Virus record (IMG/VR): IMGVR_UViG_3300025138_000016
Reading direction: 5' to 3' (one strand)
DNA length: 64,000 nucleotides
DNA from: a virus
Made by a program: the position numbers and the translations under genes. The notes under the pieces were generated by a model, which ran no database searches, was not told the origin of the DNA, and was given only the letters and a program-made list of their open reading frames with translations. Within the stretch, counting starts at the first letter, position 1. Every line of letters starts with the position of its first letter. Positions 1 to 8,722 of the stretch are shown here, piece after piece.

Positions 1-665
1 AGACCACTACCACCGCCAATTGCTTTCATAGGTACATATGCTCCTACGACATCATAAACATGATTAGTAACTAGCATAGGAACTTTAACTTTAGCAAGCT
101 TAAGAGTAAGTACTCTAAATGTAGCTTTAATAATCTGAGCCTTAGTCATATCCCTTGTCTCTTTACCCTCAGCAGTATCTTCCATCTCTTTAGTAGTAGA
201 TAGTAAGCCTAATGAATCAAGTACGAACATCATAGGAGGTCGTTTATCAATAGGTTGTGAGCTATAAGCATCGATCATTTTAAGAGCATGATGTCTAAAT
301 GATTGAATAGTATCTGGTTCGGCTAAGATTACTCTACTAGTATCTATACCTCTTGACTCCATCATATCTTTAGTAACAGCAGCCTCAGTATCATAAAATA
401 CAACACCAGCATCCTGATTATCTTTTAAAAACTTTTGAATAATACCTAGTACAAAGAAAGTCTTACCAGTAGCTGACTCACCAGCAAAGGCACTAATTTT
501 ATTATTAGGCACGCCGCCATATATAGATCCAGATAGGACAGCATTTAACATATAAGAACCGGTATCGATTGACCCAGTATACTCAGCACTTCCTAGACCG
601 TCTGCTGCTATTACGGTATCTTCATCTTTAATATCTTCAACTAGGCCACGAAAAAAATCGCTCAT
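1..665 (-). CDS. uvsX: RecA-like recombinase UvsX (3' end runs off the window)
   Basis: Manual translation from ATG at 665: MSDFFRGLVEDIKDEDT...IDTGSYMLNAVLSGSIYGGVPNNKISAFAGESATGKTFF (Walker A)...VLDSLG...NHVY...GGGSGL; missing from the ORF track because truncated. Confidence 0.95.
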   Translation of the reverse strand, partial: MSDFFRGLVEDIKDEDTVIAADGLGSAEYTGSIDTGSYMLNAVLSGSIYGGVPNNKISAFAGESATGKTFFVLGIIQKFLKDNQDAGVVFYDTEAAVTKDMMESRGIDTSRVILAEPDTIQSFRHHALKMIDAYSSQPIDKRPPMMFVLDSLGLLSTTKEMEDTAEGKETRDMTKAQIIKATFRVLTLKLAKVKVPMLVTNHVYDVVGAYVPMKAIGGGSG

Positions 666-697
666 TATAAACTCCGAATGGTTTTCTATTATACTTT

Positions 698-726
698 ATT
701 ATAACTTATATTAGGATAAGAATCAA
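698..726 (-). promoter_or_regulatory. sigma70-type promoter for uvsX
   Basis: TTGATT-N17-TATAAT on the minus strand, about 30 nt upstream of the uvsX start. Confidence 0.7.
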
Positions 727-998
727 CCCTTATATATTTTATCTAATGCATCAGAGAACTCTTCAATCTTACCTAACCTATCAGGCCAGTAAATATAATC
801 CTTTGATGGGTTCTTTTTAAGGTTGTTTAGCAATGGTTGAACCATACCATATAATGCTTCTACTCTTTCTTCTAATTCAGATGATGAAGCTGTTGCTGTC
901 TCTGCGCTTTGTTTAGCGGCTTGTACAACTTCTAATTCATCAGCATCCATAGCTGAAAAGCCGAAGTCAAAGCTGTATACGTTTGATGTGTTAGCCAA
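723..998 (-). CDS. hypothetical protein downstream of gp43
   Basis: 91 aa ORF overlapping the gp43 stop; short coiled coil then KNPSKDYIYWPDR. Confidence 0.75.
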   Translation of the reverse strand: MANTSNVYSFDFGFSAMDADELEVVQAAKQSAETATASSSELEERVEALYGMVQPLLNNLKKNPSKDYIYWPDRLGKIEEFSDALDKIYKG

Positions 999-3489
999 AA
1001 TAATCCTCCAATGTCGCTCTATGTTCTATTTCCCAACCAATAGCATCAAGAATAGTTTTCATAGGATCAACAAACGATTTCGTATATTGCATATCGTAGT
1101 CTATATATTGATTAAGACCTAACGCTGTCGGAAGCTGATTAGGACAAGCTATGACGTTCTCTCTCGATGGATTAGGTACCTTAAGGTAACAGAACTTAAC
1201 TTTATCGCCGTTCTGTACTGGCTGGAATCTATCTATCTTATTTTTATTTAGCATATGGTTATACATTAACGCACCACGAACATGAATAGGAGTACCTTTT
1301 CTATAGATCTGCGATGCATCAAAATACTTCTCAAGACCTTTACACCCTCTAGGGAACGCTACATCTTCAAAAGATAACTTTCTAAACTCTTCTCTATGCT
1401 TAGCAATGAAGTCAATAATAGCTGCTTCGTCTTTAGTTATAATAACATCAAGAGCATCTTTAATATACTTACGTACAACAGCAGGAGTAGAAGATCTAAC
1501 AGCTTCGATACCCATCATCTTCATCTTAGGCTTCTCGTAACGTACACCCTCTGAGTCAAAGACGTTCATGATATATCTTTTCTTAGCAGTCCATATAGCT
1601 TTATTACCTATATTTTCTCTAGCCATGACCATCTTATTTTCCATAGCATTTACATAGGTCGCAAGCTCTCCATAACTTTTTTCAATTTTCGGTTCAATAA
1701 TTTCAGCGCAGGACTTATCAAGAAAATCGATGATCTTTCCAGTTTCAGCGCCGTCTGGAAAGACTTTATGTACAAGCGGTGCCATATTAATGTATAGAGA
1801 GTCCGTGTCGATTGCGATGACGTAGTCTTCATTTTCACTTCCTAGAGTTTTATTTAAAAATTTATTGATAGCGTTCTCGGCCCAACGAATAGATAACTGA
1901 CCACCTTTAGTAATCGATTCAGTATTATCCATATCATGCCATCTAAAGTATTCATTACCTAACGCACCATAAGCTGAGTTAAGTTGAATCTTCTTAGCCA
2001 TCTGCATATTATAAGCTTGAGATATTTTATTAGAGAGTTCGTTAGAAGGATTCTTCTCATAATCTTTCTGATGCTGAATCATCTTCTTCTTCCATACAAC
2101 TCTATCGTCATACATCTTACGCATTAACTTAGGTAAGAAGCCTTCGAAGTCTCTAGTATACATATCACCATTAGCTGATATAGTACAGTTATTATCTTTA
2201 GCTTTTTGTATTACTTTACTATAAGCACCGTCTAGTATATCTTCCATACTAGGAGCATAACCAATCTTACCTTCATACGTTTCAGGAGATATATTATACT
2301 GCATAATTAAATGAGGGTATAGAGAGTTAAGATCGAATGATACAACCCAGTCATGCATACCTACTTGAGGGTCTTTAACATAAGCACCTTCAGCAGCTCT
2401 CTCTTTATCTTTATGCTTAAACTGAGGTACAACTATATTACGATTAAGTAGATAGTTATGTATAATAAGATCCCACATCCTTACAGACGTAAATGTATCT
2501 TGATAGTTAACTTTAGCATCATAAGCGATCGCTAATACTTGATCTATTAGTTTAAGTTTCTCATCTAGTCTTTTTACTAGTACAGTATCTTGAATATTGT
2601 AGTCAATAAACTTTTCCCAATCATGCTTATAAAGATCGAATAGACTATCATGCTCAGCATAATCCAGTTTACGTTCACCTAACTCAACGTGAGCAATATG
2701 ATCTAGTCTATATGACTCTTGCATTACAAAAGTAAACTTACGATACAATTGCATATAGTCTAAGATAGAAACGCCTAACGGATCAAATACTTGATTAGGA
2801 CGTCCTGCTATATGTACAGTCCTTTCCCTTAGAGCATTAAAGGGAGACAGCTTCTTAGCAAAGTCTTCACCTATGACATTAGTAACTCTATTAACAATAT
2901 AAGGTATATCAAAGAACTCAACATTCCATCCTGATACAACATCAGGGTCAATAGCACGCCAGCAATCTAAAAACTTCATCAGTAGATGAGCTTCATCGTT
3001 ACATTGAATATACTTAATGTTATCTTCTTTAGGTGTATAAGGTTGACATCCAATAGCAACAATATTGTTATTGAACTCTAAAGTAATAGCAGTAATCTCT
3101 TTATCTGCTTTCATTATATCAGGGAAGCCTTCATCAGCAGCAACCTCGATATCAATATAAACAGTCCTTACTTGCGTAGCATCATACTCAATAGTTTCTT
3201 CAGTATAGTTATCATTAATATAAGTATAAGCAAACATAGGTAAACCATAAACAGCTTTACCAGCTATGTCTTTATTTTCTTGAATATATTTTTGAGCGTA
3301 GTGAGGGTTATCGAACTCTTTCTTCATGACAGACTTACCGTCAAGAGTAGTATAACCAGTTTCTTGTCTTACCGGGCCGGTAAAAAGATAAGGACGGCAA
3401 GGTTCCTCGTAGCTGAATCGCTCGCCGTTCTCGTAGCCTCTATGAAGGATCTTCGATCCTCTAAGCTGAACATTAGTATAAAACTTCAC
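991..3489 (-). CDS. gp43: family B DNA polymerase (T4 gp43-like)
   Basis: Exonuclease DIEV motif; polymerase motifs SFDLNSLYP, KIQLNSAYG, DTDS, KKRY; GTG start. Confidence 0.98.
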   Translation of the reverse strand: MKFYTNVQLRGSKILHRGYENGERFSYEEPCRPYLFTGPVRQETGYTTLDGKSVMKKEFDNPHYAQKYIQENKDIAGKAVYGLPMFAYTYINDNYTEETIEYDATQVRTVYIDIEVAADEGFPDIMKADKEITAITLEFNNNIVAIGCQPYTPKEDNIKYIQCNDEAHLLMKFLDCWRAIDPDVVSGWNVEFFDIPYIVNRVTNVIGEDFAKKLSPFNALRERTVHIAGRPNQVFDPLGVSILDYMQLYRKFTFVMQESYRLDHIAHVELGERKLDYAEHDSLFDLYKHDWEKFIDYNIQDTVLVKRLDEKLKLIDQVLAIAYDAKVNYQDTFTSVRMWDLIIHNYLLNRNIVVPQFKHKDKERAAEGAYVKDPQVGMHDWVVSFDLNSLYPHLIMQYNISPETYEGKIGYAPSMEDILDGAYSKVIQKAKDNNCTISANGDMYTRDFEGFLPKLMRKMYDDRVVWKKKMIQHQKDYEKNPSNELSNKISQAYNMQMAKKIQLNSAYGALGNEYFRWHDMDNTESITKGGQLSIRWAENAINKFLNKTLGSENEDYVIAIDTDSLYINMAPLVHKVFPDGAETGKIIDFLDKSCAEIIEPKIEKSYGELATYVNAMENKMVMARENIGNKAIWTAKKRYIMNVFDSEGVRYEKPKMKMMGIEAVRSSTPAVVRKYIKDALDVIITKDEAAIIDFIAKHREEFRKLSFEDVAFPRGCKGLEKYFDASQIYRKGTPIHVRGALMYNHMLNKNKIDRFQPVQNGDKVKFCYLKVPNPSRENVIACPNQLPTALGLNQYIDYDMQYTKSFVDPMKTILDAIGWEIEHRATLEDYFG

Positions 3490-3522
3490 AATAAGTTAAC
3501 CATAATAAATTAATACAATCGT

Positions 3523-3551
3523 ATTATACGCGATCCTAGGACCGCGTTCAA
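3523..3551 (-). promoter_or_regulatory. sigma70-type promoter for gp43 with a palindromic spacer
   Basis: TTGAAC-N17-TATAAT; the spacer lies within the near-perfect palindrome ACGCGATCCTAGGACCGCGT (3528-3547). Confidence 0.65.
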
Positions 3552-3554
3552 GGT

Positions 3555-3890
3555 TTAACTATGTGAAATGTTATCTGCGAATTCGATTAATTCTAATCTG
3601 CCTTTAAGCTCTGCTTTCTGAGCGTCAGTAATTCCTGCGCCATGAGCTTCGATTGCTGAATACATTGCTGCATGATCGCTATCTACTGCTGCTGCAATTT
3701 CAGCTGCTGTTAAAGTATCAAAATGGGCTACACAACTAAGTGCATGCTGCCAGATTGATGGGACTGAAGCCCAATTAGATATTGCTGCGTCTGCTTCTGC
3801 GATAGCTGAATTTCTATCAGCTTCAGAGACAGCCACGTTGTCGTTAAGAGCCATAAGCTCTTGGTCTAAAATGTCGTTTATTATAGCCAT
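3555..3890 (-). CDS. Ala-rich hypothetical protein, probably late-expressed
   Basis: 111 aa ORF with AGGAG RBS and TATAAATA at 3922-3929. Confidence 0.8.
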   Translation of the reverse strand: MAIINDILDQELMALNDNVAVSEADRNSAIAEADAAISNWASVPSIWQHALSCVAHFDTLTAAEIAAAVDSDHAAMYSAIEAHGAGITDAQKAELKGRLELIEFADNISHS

Positions 3891-3921
3891 TAATTTCTCC
3901 TAATAGAAATATTTATGTGTG

Positions 3922-3929
3922 TATTTATA
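3922..3929 (-). promoter_or_regulatory. T4-type late promoter
   Basis: Exact TATAAATA on the minus strand in an intergenic region. Confidence 0.7.
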
Positions 3930-3947
3930 TGTTTTGATATCGTGGGC

Positions 3948-4118
3948 CTATGTTAAAAAGCTAATTACTTTAAAAGATACTAACATAAAACCAAATACAA
4001 CTAACTGAATTATACTTGCCCAGAATATCTGTCTCATTGGATGGACTTCAACTAACTTCTCAACCCAGCTTTCACTGGGTGAGAGGTTAACAACTTGTAA
4101 TATTTTTTCTTGTTTCAT
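3948..4118 (-). CDS. small membrane protein (56 aa, not in ORF track)
   Basis: MKQEKILQVVNLSPSESWVEKLVEVHPMRQIFWASIIQLVVFGFMLVSFKVISFLT*; hydrophobic C-terminal helix; ATGA overlap with the upstream ORF. Confidence 0.7.
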   Translation of the reverse strand: MKQEKILQVVNLSPSESWVEKLVEVHPMRQIFWASIIQLVVFGFMLVSFKVISFLT

Positions 4119-4228
4119 AAAACAATAATTATTTTTGAGGTTTCGATTTGTCTAAGAGCTCTCAAAGCTCCATTGACATCGGCTATAACAGCCATCAAAA
4201 GCATAAATGATATTATTACATTTTTCAT
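4115..4228 (-). CDS. small protein with hydrophobic N-terminus (37 aa, not in ORF track)
   Basis: MKNVIISFMLLMAVIADVNGALRALRQIETSKIIIVL*; GAGGAG RBS; stop overlaps the next start (ATGA). Confidence 0.65.
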   Translation of the reverse strand: MKNVIISFMLLMAVIADVNGALRALRQIETSKIIIVL

Positions 4229-4239
4229 ACTATACTCCT

Positions 4240-4401
4240 CTATCTTGCAGAGGCAATTATAGTGAATACAGGCAAAGCGAACGGAAGAGCAAGCAGTAAA
4301 CTAATTTTTACGACTTCACAGACATGACATATGACATCATTATCTTTTAGGTTTTCAATTTTATTTACCATGCTCTTCGTAACTAATGTTACTGTGGTCA
4401 T
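4240..4401 (-). CDS. small membrane protein with CxxC (53 aa)
   Basis: Start moved to MTTVTLV (GGAG RBS); CHVC followed by a hydrophobic segment. Confidence 0.7.
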   Translation of the reverse strand: MTTVTLVTKSMVNKIENLKDNDVICHVCEVVKISLLLALPFALPVFTIIASAR

Positions 4402-4454
4402 GGTATCTCCAGTTTTTATATTAATAAACAAATGATATAATTAAATATCATGTA

Positions 4455-4462
4455 TATTTATA
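4455..4462 (-). promoter_or_regulatory. T4-type late promoter for the small-protein operon
   Basis: Exact TATAAATA just after the hsp20 terminator, followed by inverted repeat ATGATAT-N6-ATATCAT (4432-4451). Confidence 0.65.
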
Positions 4463-4464
4463 AT

Positions 4465-4491
4465 AAAAAGGTGCACGTAAGCACACCTTTT
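4465..4491 (-). terminator. intrinsic terminator after hsp20
   Basis: Minus strand AAAAGGTGTGC-TTAC-GTGCACC-TTTTT. Confidence 0.75.
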
Positions 4492-4511
4492 CGCAAATGA
4501 TTTAAGTTATT

Positions 4512-4958
4512 TTACTCAGCTAAGAAGGTTTTTACAGAAACATCTTTACCAATTTCAATCGTACGAGGTTTAAGCTCTTCCGGTATCATATGAGTAAGTT
4601 GTATTTGTAAAACACCATTAATAATATCAGCTCTTTGCACAACTACATCTGTATTAAGAATAAAATCTTTATAGAATTCTCTACTAGATAATCCTTTATG
4701 TAAATATTCAGATGTTGATTTATCTTTAGTTTCAGCTGATACTGTTAGCTTATTTTCAGTGAGTGTAAGTGCTATATCTTCTTCTTTGAATCCAGCTACT
4801 GCTAGTTCAATAATATAGTTCTCATCATCAACCTTTATAATATTATAAGGTGGGTAATTAGAATTACTTACATGTTTTGCTCTTTCGAGCTCTGTGAATA
4901 GTTGATCGAAACCAACTGAGAAAGTCCCGAAACGGGACAATAGGTCTATGCTTGTCAT
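4512..4958 (-). CDS. hsp20: small heat shock protein Hsp20 (IbpA-like)
   Basis: NYPPYNI...IELAVAGF...YLHKGLSSR...NGVLQI...IPEELKPRTIEI, alpha-crystallin family. Confidence 0.96.
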   Translation of the reverse strand: MTSIDLLSRFGTFSVGFDQLFTELERAKHVSNSNYPPYNIIKVDDENYIIELAVAGFKEEDIALTLTENKLTVSAETKDKSTSEYLHKGLSSREFYKDFILNTDVVVQRADIINGVLQIQLTHMIPEELKPRTIEIGKDVSVKTFLAE

Positions 4959-4964
4959 TGTTAT

Positions 4965-5016
4965 CTCCTTTAATTAAAGCAAGTTAAATACGAGCCCAGT
5001 ATTCTGGCACTCGTAT
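4965..5016 (-). promoter_or_regulatory. candidate ROSE-like RNA thermometer in the hsp20 5' UTR
   Basis: 5' hairpin ATACGAG..CCAG-AATA-CTGG..CTCGTAT, then CTTGCTTTA-AT-TAAAGGAG, pairing a UUGCU motif with the Shine-Dalgarno. Confidence 0.6.
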
Positions 5017-5019
5017 TAT

Positions 5020-5047
5020 ATATAGGCATCCTTTCGGAAAAGTCAAG
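5020..5047 (-). promoter_or_regulatory. candidate RpoH (sigma32)-type promoter for hsp20
   Basis: CTTG-N17-CCTATAT on the minus strand; overlaps TATATATA, a possible late-promoter variant. Confidence 0.5.
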
Positions 5048-5507
5048 CAGCTAATTCAGTCTTTAGCTGCTCTGATCTATGATCGAACCAACCATTGTCA
5101 ATCTTATATTGACATTCATAGTTGCATCTTTCACTCTGAGGTTGTAAGTCCCATTGCTCAGACTTAGCATGAATCTTAGAGTTCATCCATCCATCTGGAC
5201 CATTGAAAGTAAACTTAAGAGCTGACCATTTCTTATCAGAGTACTTAAGCATGATAGGTGTATCCCAGTCATCGCAGACCTTTTCAGAATTCTCACCAAC
5301 GTGATAGTCTGTAATATACTCTTCTGAGCCTGTACCATAATACTCTAACATACTAATTAGAGTTGGTATACCATCTCTCTCAATTCTGAGAGCTTGAGGA
5401 CCAGTGATATCTTCTACTACATAAGTAGAACCACCTTTGAATTTCCAATGAGGGTTCTGCTCATCGCCGTAGTTTTCTTTGTACTGGGTTTGAATAATAA
5501 GTTTCAT
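5043..5507 (-). CDS. hypothetical phage protein, probably early
   Basis: 154 aa, MKLIIQTQYKENYG...WKFKGGSTY; AAGGAG RBS; own sigma70-like promoter. Confidence 0.8.
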   Translation of the reverse strand: MKLIIQTQYKENYGDEQNPHWKFKGGSTYVVEDITGPQALRIERDGIPTLISMLEYYGTGSEEYITDYHVGENSEKVCDDWDTPIMLKYSDKKWSALKFTFNGPDGWMNSKIHAKSEQWDLQPQSERCNYECQYKIDNGWFDHRSEQLKTELAA

Positions 5508-5537
5508 AATCTACTCCTTTTTTTAAATTATACAATT

Positions 5538-5565
5538 ATTATAACCTAACGAGAGAGAAAGTCAA
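5538..5565 (-). promoter_or_regulatory. sigma70-type (early) promoter
   Basis: TTGACT-N16-TATAAT. Confidence 0.65.
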
Positions 5566-6401
5566 CTATTATTTTGATTTTTATTTCTTAAAGGTCTTAC
5601 CTTCTTTCCGTATGAACCATTATAGTCTAAGCATATTCTATAAAGCAATCGATCTCCTTTTACTTCATTACGTTTATGTAAACTATTCCATTGGTCCATA
5701 AAGACTAAGTCACCTGCTTCCCATTCATGATGATAAACATATCTATCTTGAAAGCACCACTCCATTAAGAAGTTATATGTGTCTTTATCTAAGCCGCCTT
5801 GTATGTAATGGTAAGAGAAGAATAGAGCTCTATCACCATTATAGGGATGAGTATGTACTAAAGGTTTCCATACTCCTTCTGGATATAACTTTTTAGTATC
5901 AAACATAACGAGTTCTTTATCGTCAGGATCTAAGTTATAAAATGTATTGTTTTTGAATTGATAATTACAGACTGTATTATCGAGACGATATTTAACCTCA
6001 GTAGGTAAATCGTCATAGGCTTGTCTCATGTCAACAAAACTAGTAATAGAATCATCACCAGGCTTAACACAATAGAGAGCTACACATGCCTCATCTCCGA
6101 TGAGCTTCCTGCCGTTACCGTTGGAATGCCACCCCAGCTCTTTATCAGCAAAGATGCCAATCTTTTCGCCTTCAACTCTCTTATTGGTAACTCTGAATAG
6201 ACCAGGATACTCTGGATGCATATAAAACCTTTTAGGGTTCATAACATTACCGATCGTATTTGTTATACGTACGATATCTGATTCGTGTAAGTCTTGATCA
6301 CGGAGTATAGTGATATTATAGTTAGGTAATTTCTTACCAAACTTTTTAATCATCTCACTATCATACTCCTTGATGTTTATATCAGGAGTGTATACTTGCA
6401 T
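5562..6401 (-). CDS. TauD/TfdA-family Fe(II)/2-oxoglutarate dioxygenase-like protein
   Basis: LGWHSN...VALYCV...TSFVDMRQAYDDLP...KPLVHTHP...YHHEWEAGDLVFMDQWNSLHKR. Confidence 0.85.
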   Translation of the reverse strand: MQVYTPDINIKEYDSEMIKKFGKKLPNYNITILRDQDLHESDIVRITNTIGNVMNPKRFYMHPEYPGLFRVTNKRVEGEKIGIFADKELGWHSNGNGRKLIGDEACVALYCVKPGDDSITSFVDMRQAYDDLPTEVKYRLDNTVCNYQFKNNTFYNLDPDDKELVMFDTKKLYPEGVWKPLVHTHPYNGDRALFFSYHYIQGGLDKDTYNFLMEWCFQDRYVYHHEWEAGDLVFMDQWNSLHKRNEVKGDRLLYRICLDYNGSYGKKVRPLRNKNQNNS

Positions 6402-6404
6402 AAT

Positions 6405-6806
6405 TTAATTTATCTTTTTACCAATATTGTACTTAGCAACTAATTCCCATGAAGTCTTTTCTTTATGAGGAATGATTTTAATTTTAGAAACAGGTACCAT
6501 TGGCTCAACTATCTTAGCTGGATCGACTAGAGTTAATAGTCCCCATTCAGTTAATAGTTTAGCAATGCAGTTCCTTCTGCCTTCATCTTCCTTTGTAAAG
6601 TCATGTGGTTTATTGTCTAGTCCAAACAGCTCTTTAAAGTGCACAATATAGTATTTACCTTGCTTGTGCAATATATGGCATGATTGGTATAGTGTGTTTG
6701 TTTTTTTAGACGCCACACCTATGCGCGTCAATGTCTCTTTGATTTTAAGAAAATCATCATCTTTCTTAAGAAGGATTTCTACCATCTTCTCTACTTGATT
6801 GTTCAT
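6405..6806 (-). CDS. regA: translational repressor RegA
   Basis: DDFLKIKETLTRIGVAS...LYQSCHILHKQGKYYIVHFKELF. Confidence 0.97.
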   Translation of the reverse strand: MNNQVEKMVEILLKKDDDFLKIKETLTRIGVASKKTNTLYQSCHILHKQGKYYIVHFKELFGLDNKPHDFTKEDEGRRNCIAKLLTEWGLLTLVDPAKIVEPMVPVSKIKIIPHKEKTSWELVAKYNIGKKIN

Positions 6807-7176
6807 TCTGTCCCTTTGATACTGAATTACATATTATATCAAGCTGTGATTGCGATAGAATTTTTAGATACTCTTCAGCTTTGCTCTCACTGCAATTATA
6901 ATATTGTGTAATTAAACTCACCTCATTATTATTAGCGGCCTTGTGCCACTTGCTAAACCTCTTTCGAGGTCTGACAATATTTATGAGATAGTCATATGCG
7001 AGCTTGTTATCTATAGATGTTCTCATGTTCATCTCGTTCGCATGCAACACAGTATCAGGGTAGTATGATAATCCTCTGTTAGTTAAAAATGGTATATACT
7101 CTTTCTCTTCTACTTCAGAATGCATAATATAATTTTTCTTATAAGATATAGAATTTAAGAAGTCAAAAGGTTTCAT
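6766..7176 (-). CDS. gp62: clamp loader small subunit (gp62)
   Basis: PFDFLNSI...YIPFLTNRGLSY..DTVLHANEMN...RKRFSKW; position before regA. Confidence 0.93.
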   Translation of the reverse strand: MKPFDFLNSISYKKNYIMHSEVEEKEYIPFLTNRGLSYYPDTVLHANEMNMRTSIDNKLAYDYLINIVRPRKRFSKWHKAANNNEVSLITQYYNCSESKAEEYLKILSQSQLDIICNSVSKGQNEQSSREDGRNPS

Positions 7177-7397
7177 AGGTTTAATTCTTCGCCGTCAATA
7201 GTTACTTCACATACAACACAAAACTCATCATCATCATGATAACATATGTCAGGAGAAGTAGCACGATCTAATTTGCGCTCAAGTAATGTTTTTTCTCTAA
7301 TGAGTGCTTCTATTCTTATATAAGCAGCACTTAACTGGCTTTGCAGCTCAGCTATATTTCTTTTAAGGAGTTCTTCGTTAGTTAGTTTCGGTGCCAT
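7173..7397 (-). CDS. hypothetical coiled-coil protein
   Basis: 74 aa, overlaps both neighbours; C-terminal C..CVVC. Confidence 0.65.
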   Translation of the reverse strand: MAPKLTNEELLKRNIAELQSQLSAAYIRIEALIREKTLLERKLDRATSPDICYHDDDEFCVVCEVTIDGEELNL

Positions 7398-7548
7398 GTT
7401 TCTTTATATACTCTAAAAATTGTCCTAACGTTGTATCAGGTGGACAGTTATGACCGAGTGACCTAGCTCTAAGCATTGCTTCTCTCCATGTACGGAAGTG
7501 CGATGAAACATACTTAACGCTATGTGTTGATGTACTTACTATACTCAT
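7378..7548 (-). CDS. hypothetical protein (56 aa)
   Basis: Start moved to MSIVST (AAGGAG RBS, ATGA overlap with the upstream gene). Confidence 0.55.
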   Translation of the reverse strand: MSIVSTSTHSVKYVSSHFRTWREAMLRARSLGHNCPPDTTLGQFLEYIKKHGTETN

Positions 7549-7775
7549 TTCGGCTCCTTTAATAATCCAAGAAGCTGACGATGACCTAGTTCTGTTTTTA
7601 GCTTCTCTATATAAACAGTTGCGTCCATTAACTCTTCTTGTAAGTGTGTTAGCCACTCATCAAGAGTAAGATCAGTACGATCTAAGTTAGTATTATACTT
7701 CTTAAACCCTACCTCTTCTCTATGTAAATATTTATCGACTACAGCAGCCACTTGTGTATCTTTATTTGAGCTCAC
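7545..7775 (-). CDS. small helical phage protein
   Basis: GFKKYNTNLDRTDL...WLTHLQEELMDATVYIEK; EExxD motif reminiscent of all-alpha NTP pyrophosphatase folds. Confidence 0.7.
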   Translation of the reverse strand: MSSNKDTQVAAVVDKYLHREEVGFKKYNTNLDRTDLTLDEWLTHLQEELMDATVYIEKLKTELGHRQLLGLLKEPK

Positions 7776-8706
7776 AGTTCACCATAATTTCAGCTAAGCA
7801 TGCTGACATATTTAATTCATGATCGGCTACGAAGGCAGCTTTATATTGATAGTCAGCTAGTATAAGAACTAATTGAGGTACACTACCCTTAGCAAATATA
7901 TCATTAGCTACATTATAAAACTTACGAAAGATTCTAGATGAGTCATTATTAATATTCTCAGCTACCCACTTACGTACACCAGTAAAGTTTTTATTCTTCA
8001 TATACTCAGTAAGCTCTTTAATAGATACTTCTTGTAAGTCAGCTAAGATACCAGAGTCTATTCTACCAGTAGCAGAGTACCTCTGAAGTTCATTCAGTAC
8101 ACGTCTCCAATCTGGGAAATGCTTTTGTATAAAAGCAGCAACTACTTTATCATCATAGATAATATTCTCAGTAGTAAGTATAAGTTTAACTCGTTCAAAG
8201 AACTCCATAGCTAAAGCAGGCTTCTCTTGTGACTTAATATCAAAGTCAATAACAGAACATCTACTATGCAAGGGAGCTATAATTCTATTCTTATAGTTAC
8301 AAGTTAAAATAAAGCCACAGTTCTTAGAGAACTCTTCCATAAAGTTTCTAAGAGCAGGCTGAGTAGAGTTAGCGTTTAAGTAATCAGCTTCATCTAGTAT
8401 AACATATTTACGACCACCAGAGAAACTAACACTAGATGCAAATTGCATTATATCGTTTCTTAATGTATCAATATTACCAGAAAGAGATCCGTTAATAACT
8501 ATAAAGTCTGAGTCTAATTGATTCAGCATAGCTTTAGCGATAGTAGTTTTACCTACGCCAGGACCACCTGAAAGGATTAGATTAGGAACATTATTTTGAT
8601 CTACAAACTGCTGGAACACAGTCTTTAGTTCGTAAGGGAGTACCGTATCAGCTACTTTCGCAGGACGGTACTTTTCAACCCAGAGAAAATTCTCACCATT
8701 TAACAT
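7762..8706 (-). CDS. gp44: clamp loader large subunit (gp44)
   Basis: LWVEKYRP, GGPGVGKTT, ILDEAD, SRC motifs. Confidence 0.97.
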   Translation of the reverse strand: MLNGENFLWVEKYRPAKVADTVLPYELKTVFQQFVDQNNVPNLILSGGPGVGKTTIAKAMLNQLDSDFIVINGSLSGNIDTLRNDIMQFASSVSFSGGRKYVILDEADYLNANSTQPALRNFMEEFSKNCGFILTCNYKNRIIAPLHSRCSVIDFDIKSQEKPALAMEFFERVKLILTTENIIYDDKVVAAFIQKHFPDWRRVLNELQRYSATGRIDSGILADLQEVSIKELTEYMKNKNFTGVRKWVAENINNDSSRIFRKFYNVANDIFAKGSVPQLVLILADYQYKAAFVADHELNMSACLAEIMVNCELK

Positions 8707-8722
8707 AATATAATATCTCCGA

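Noticed and set aside
3486-3503. Five-codon upstream ORF (MVNLL*) overlapping the gp43 GTG start
   Set aside because: Could aid initiation but is too short to distinguish from chance without conservation data.
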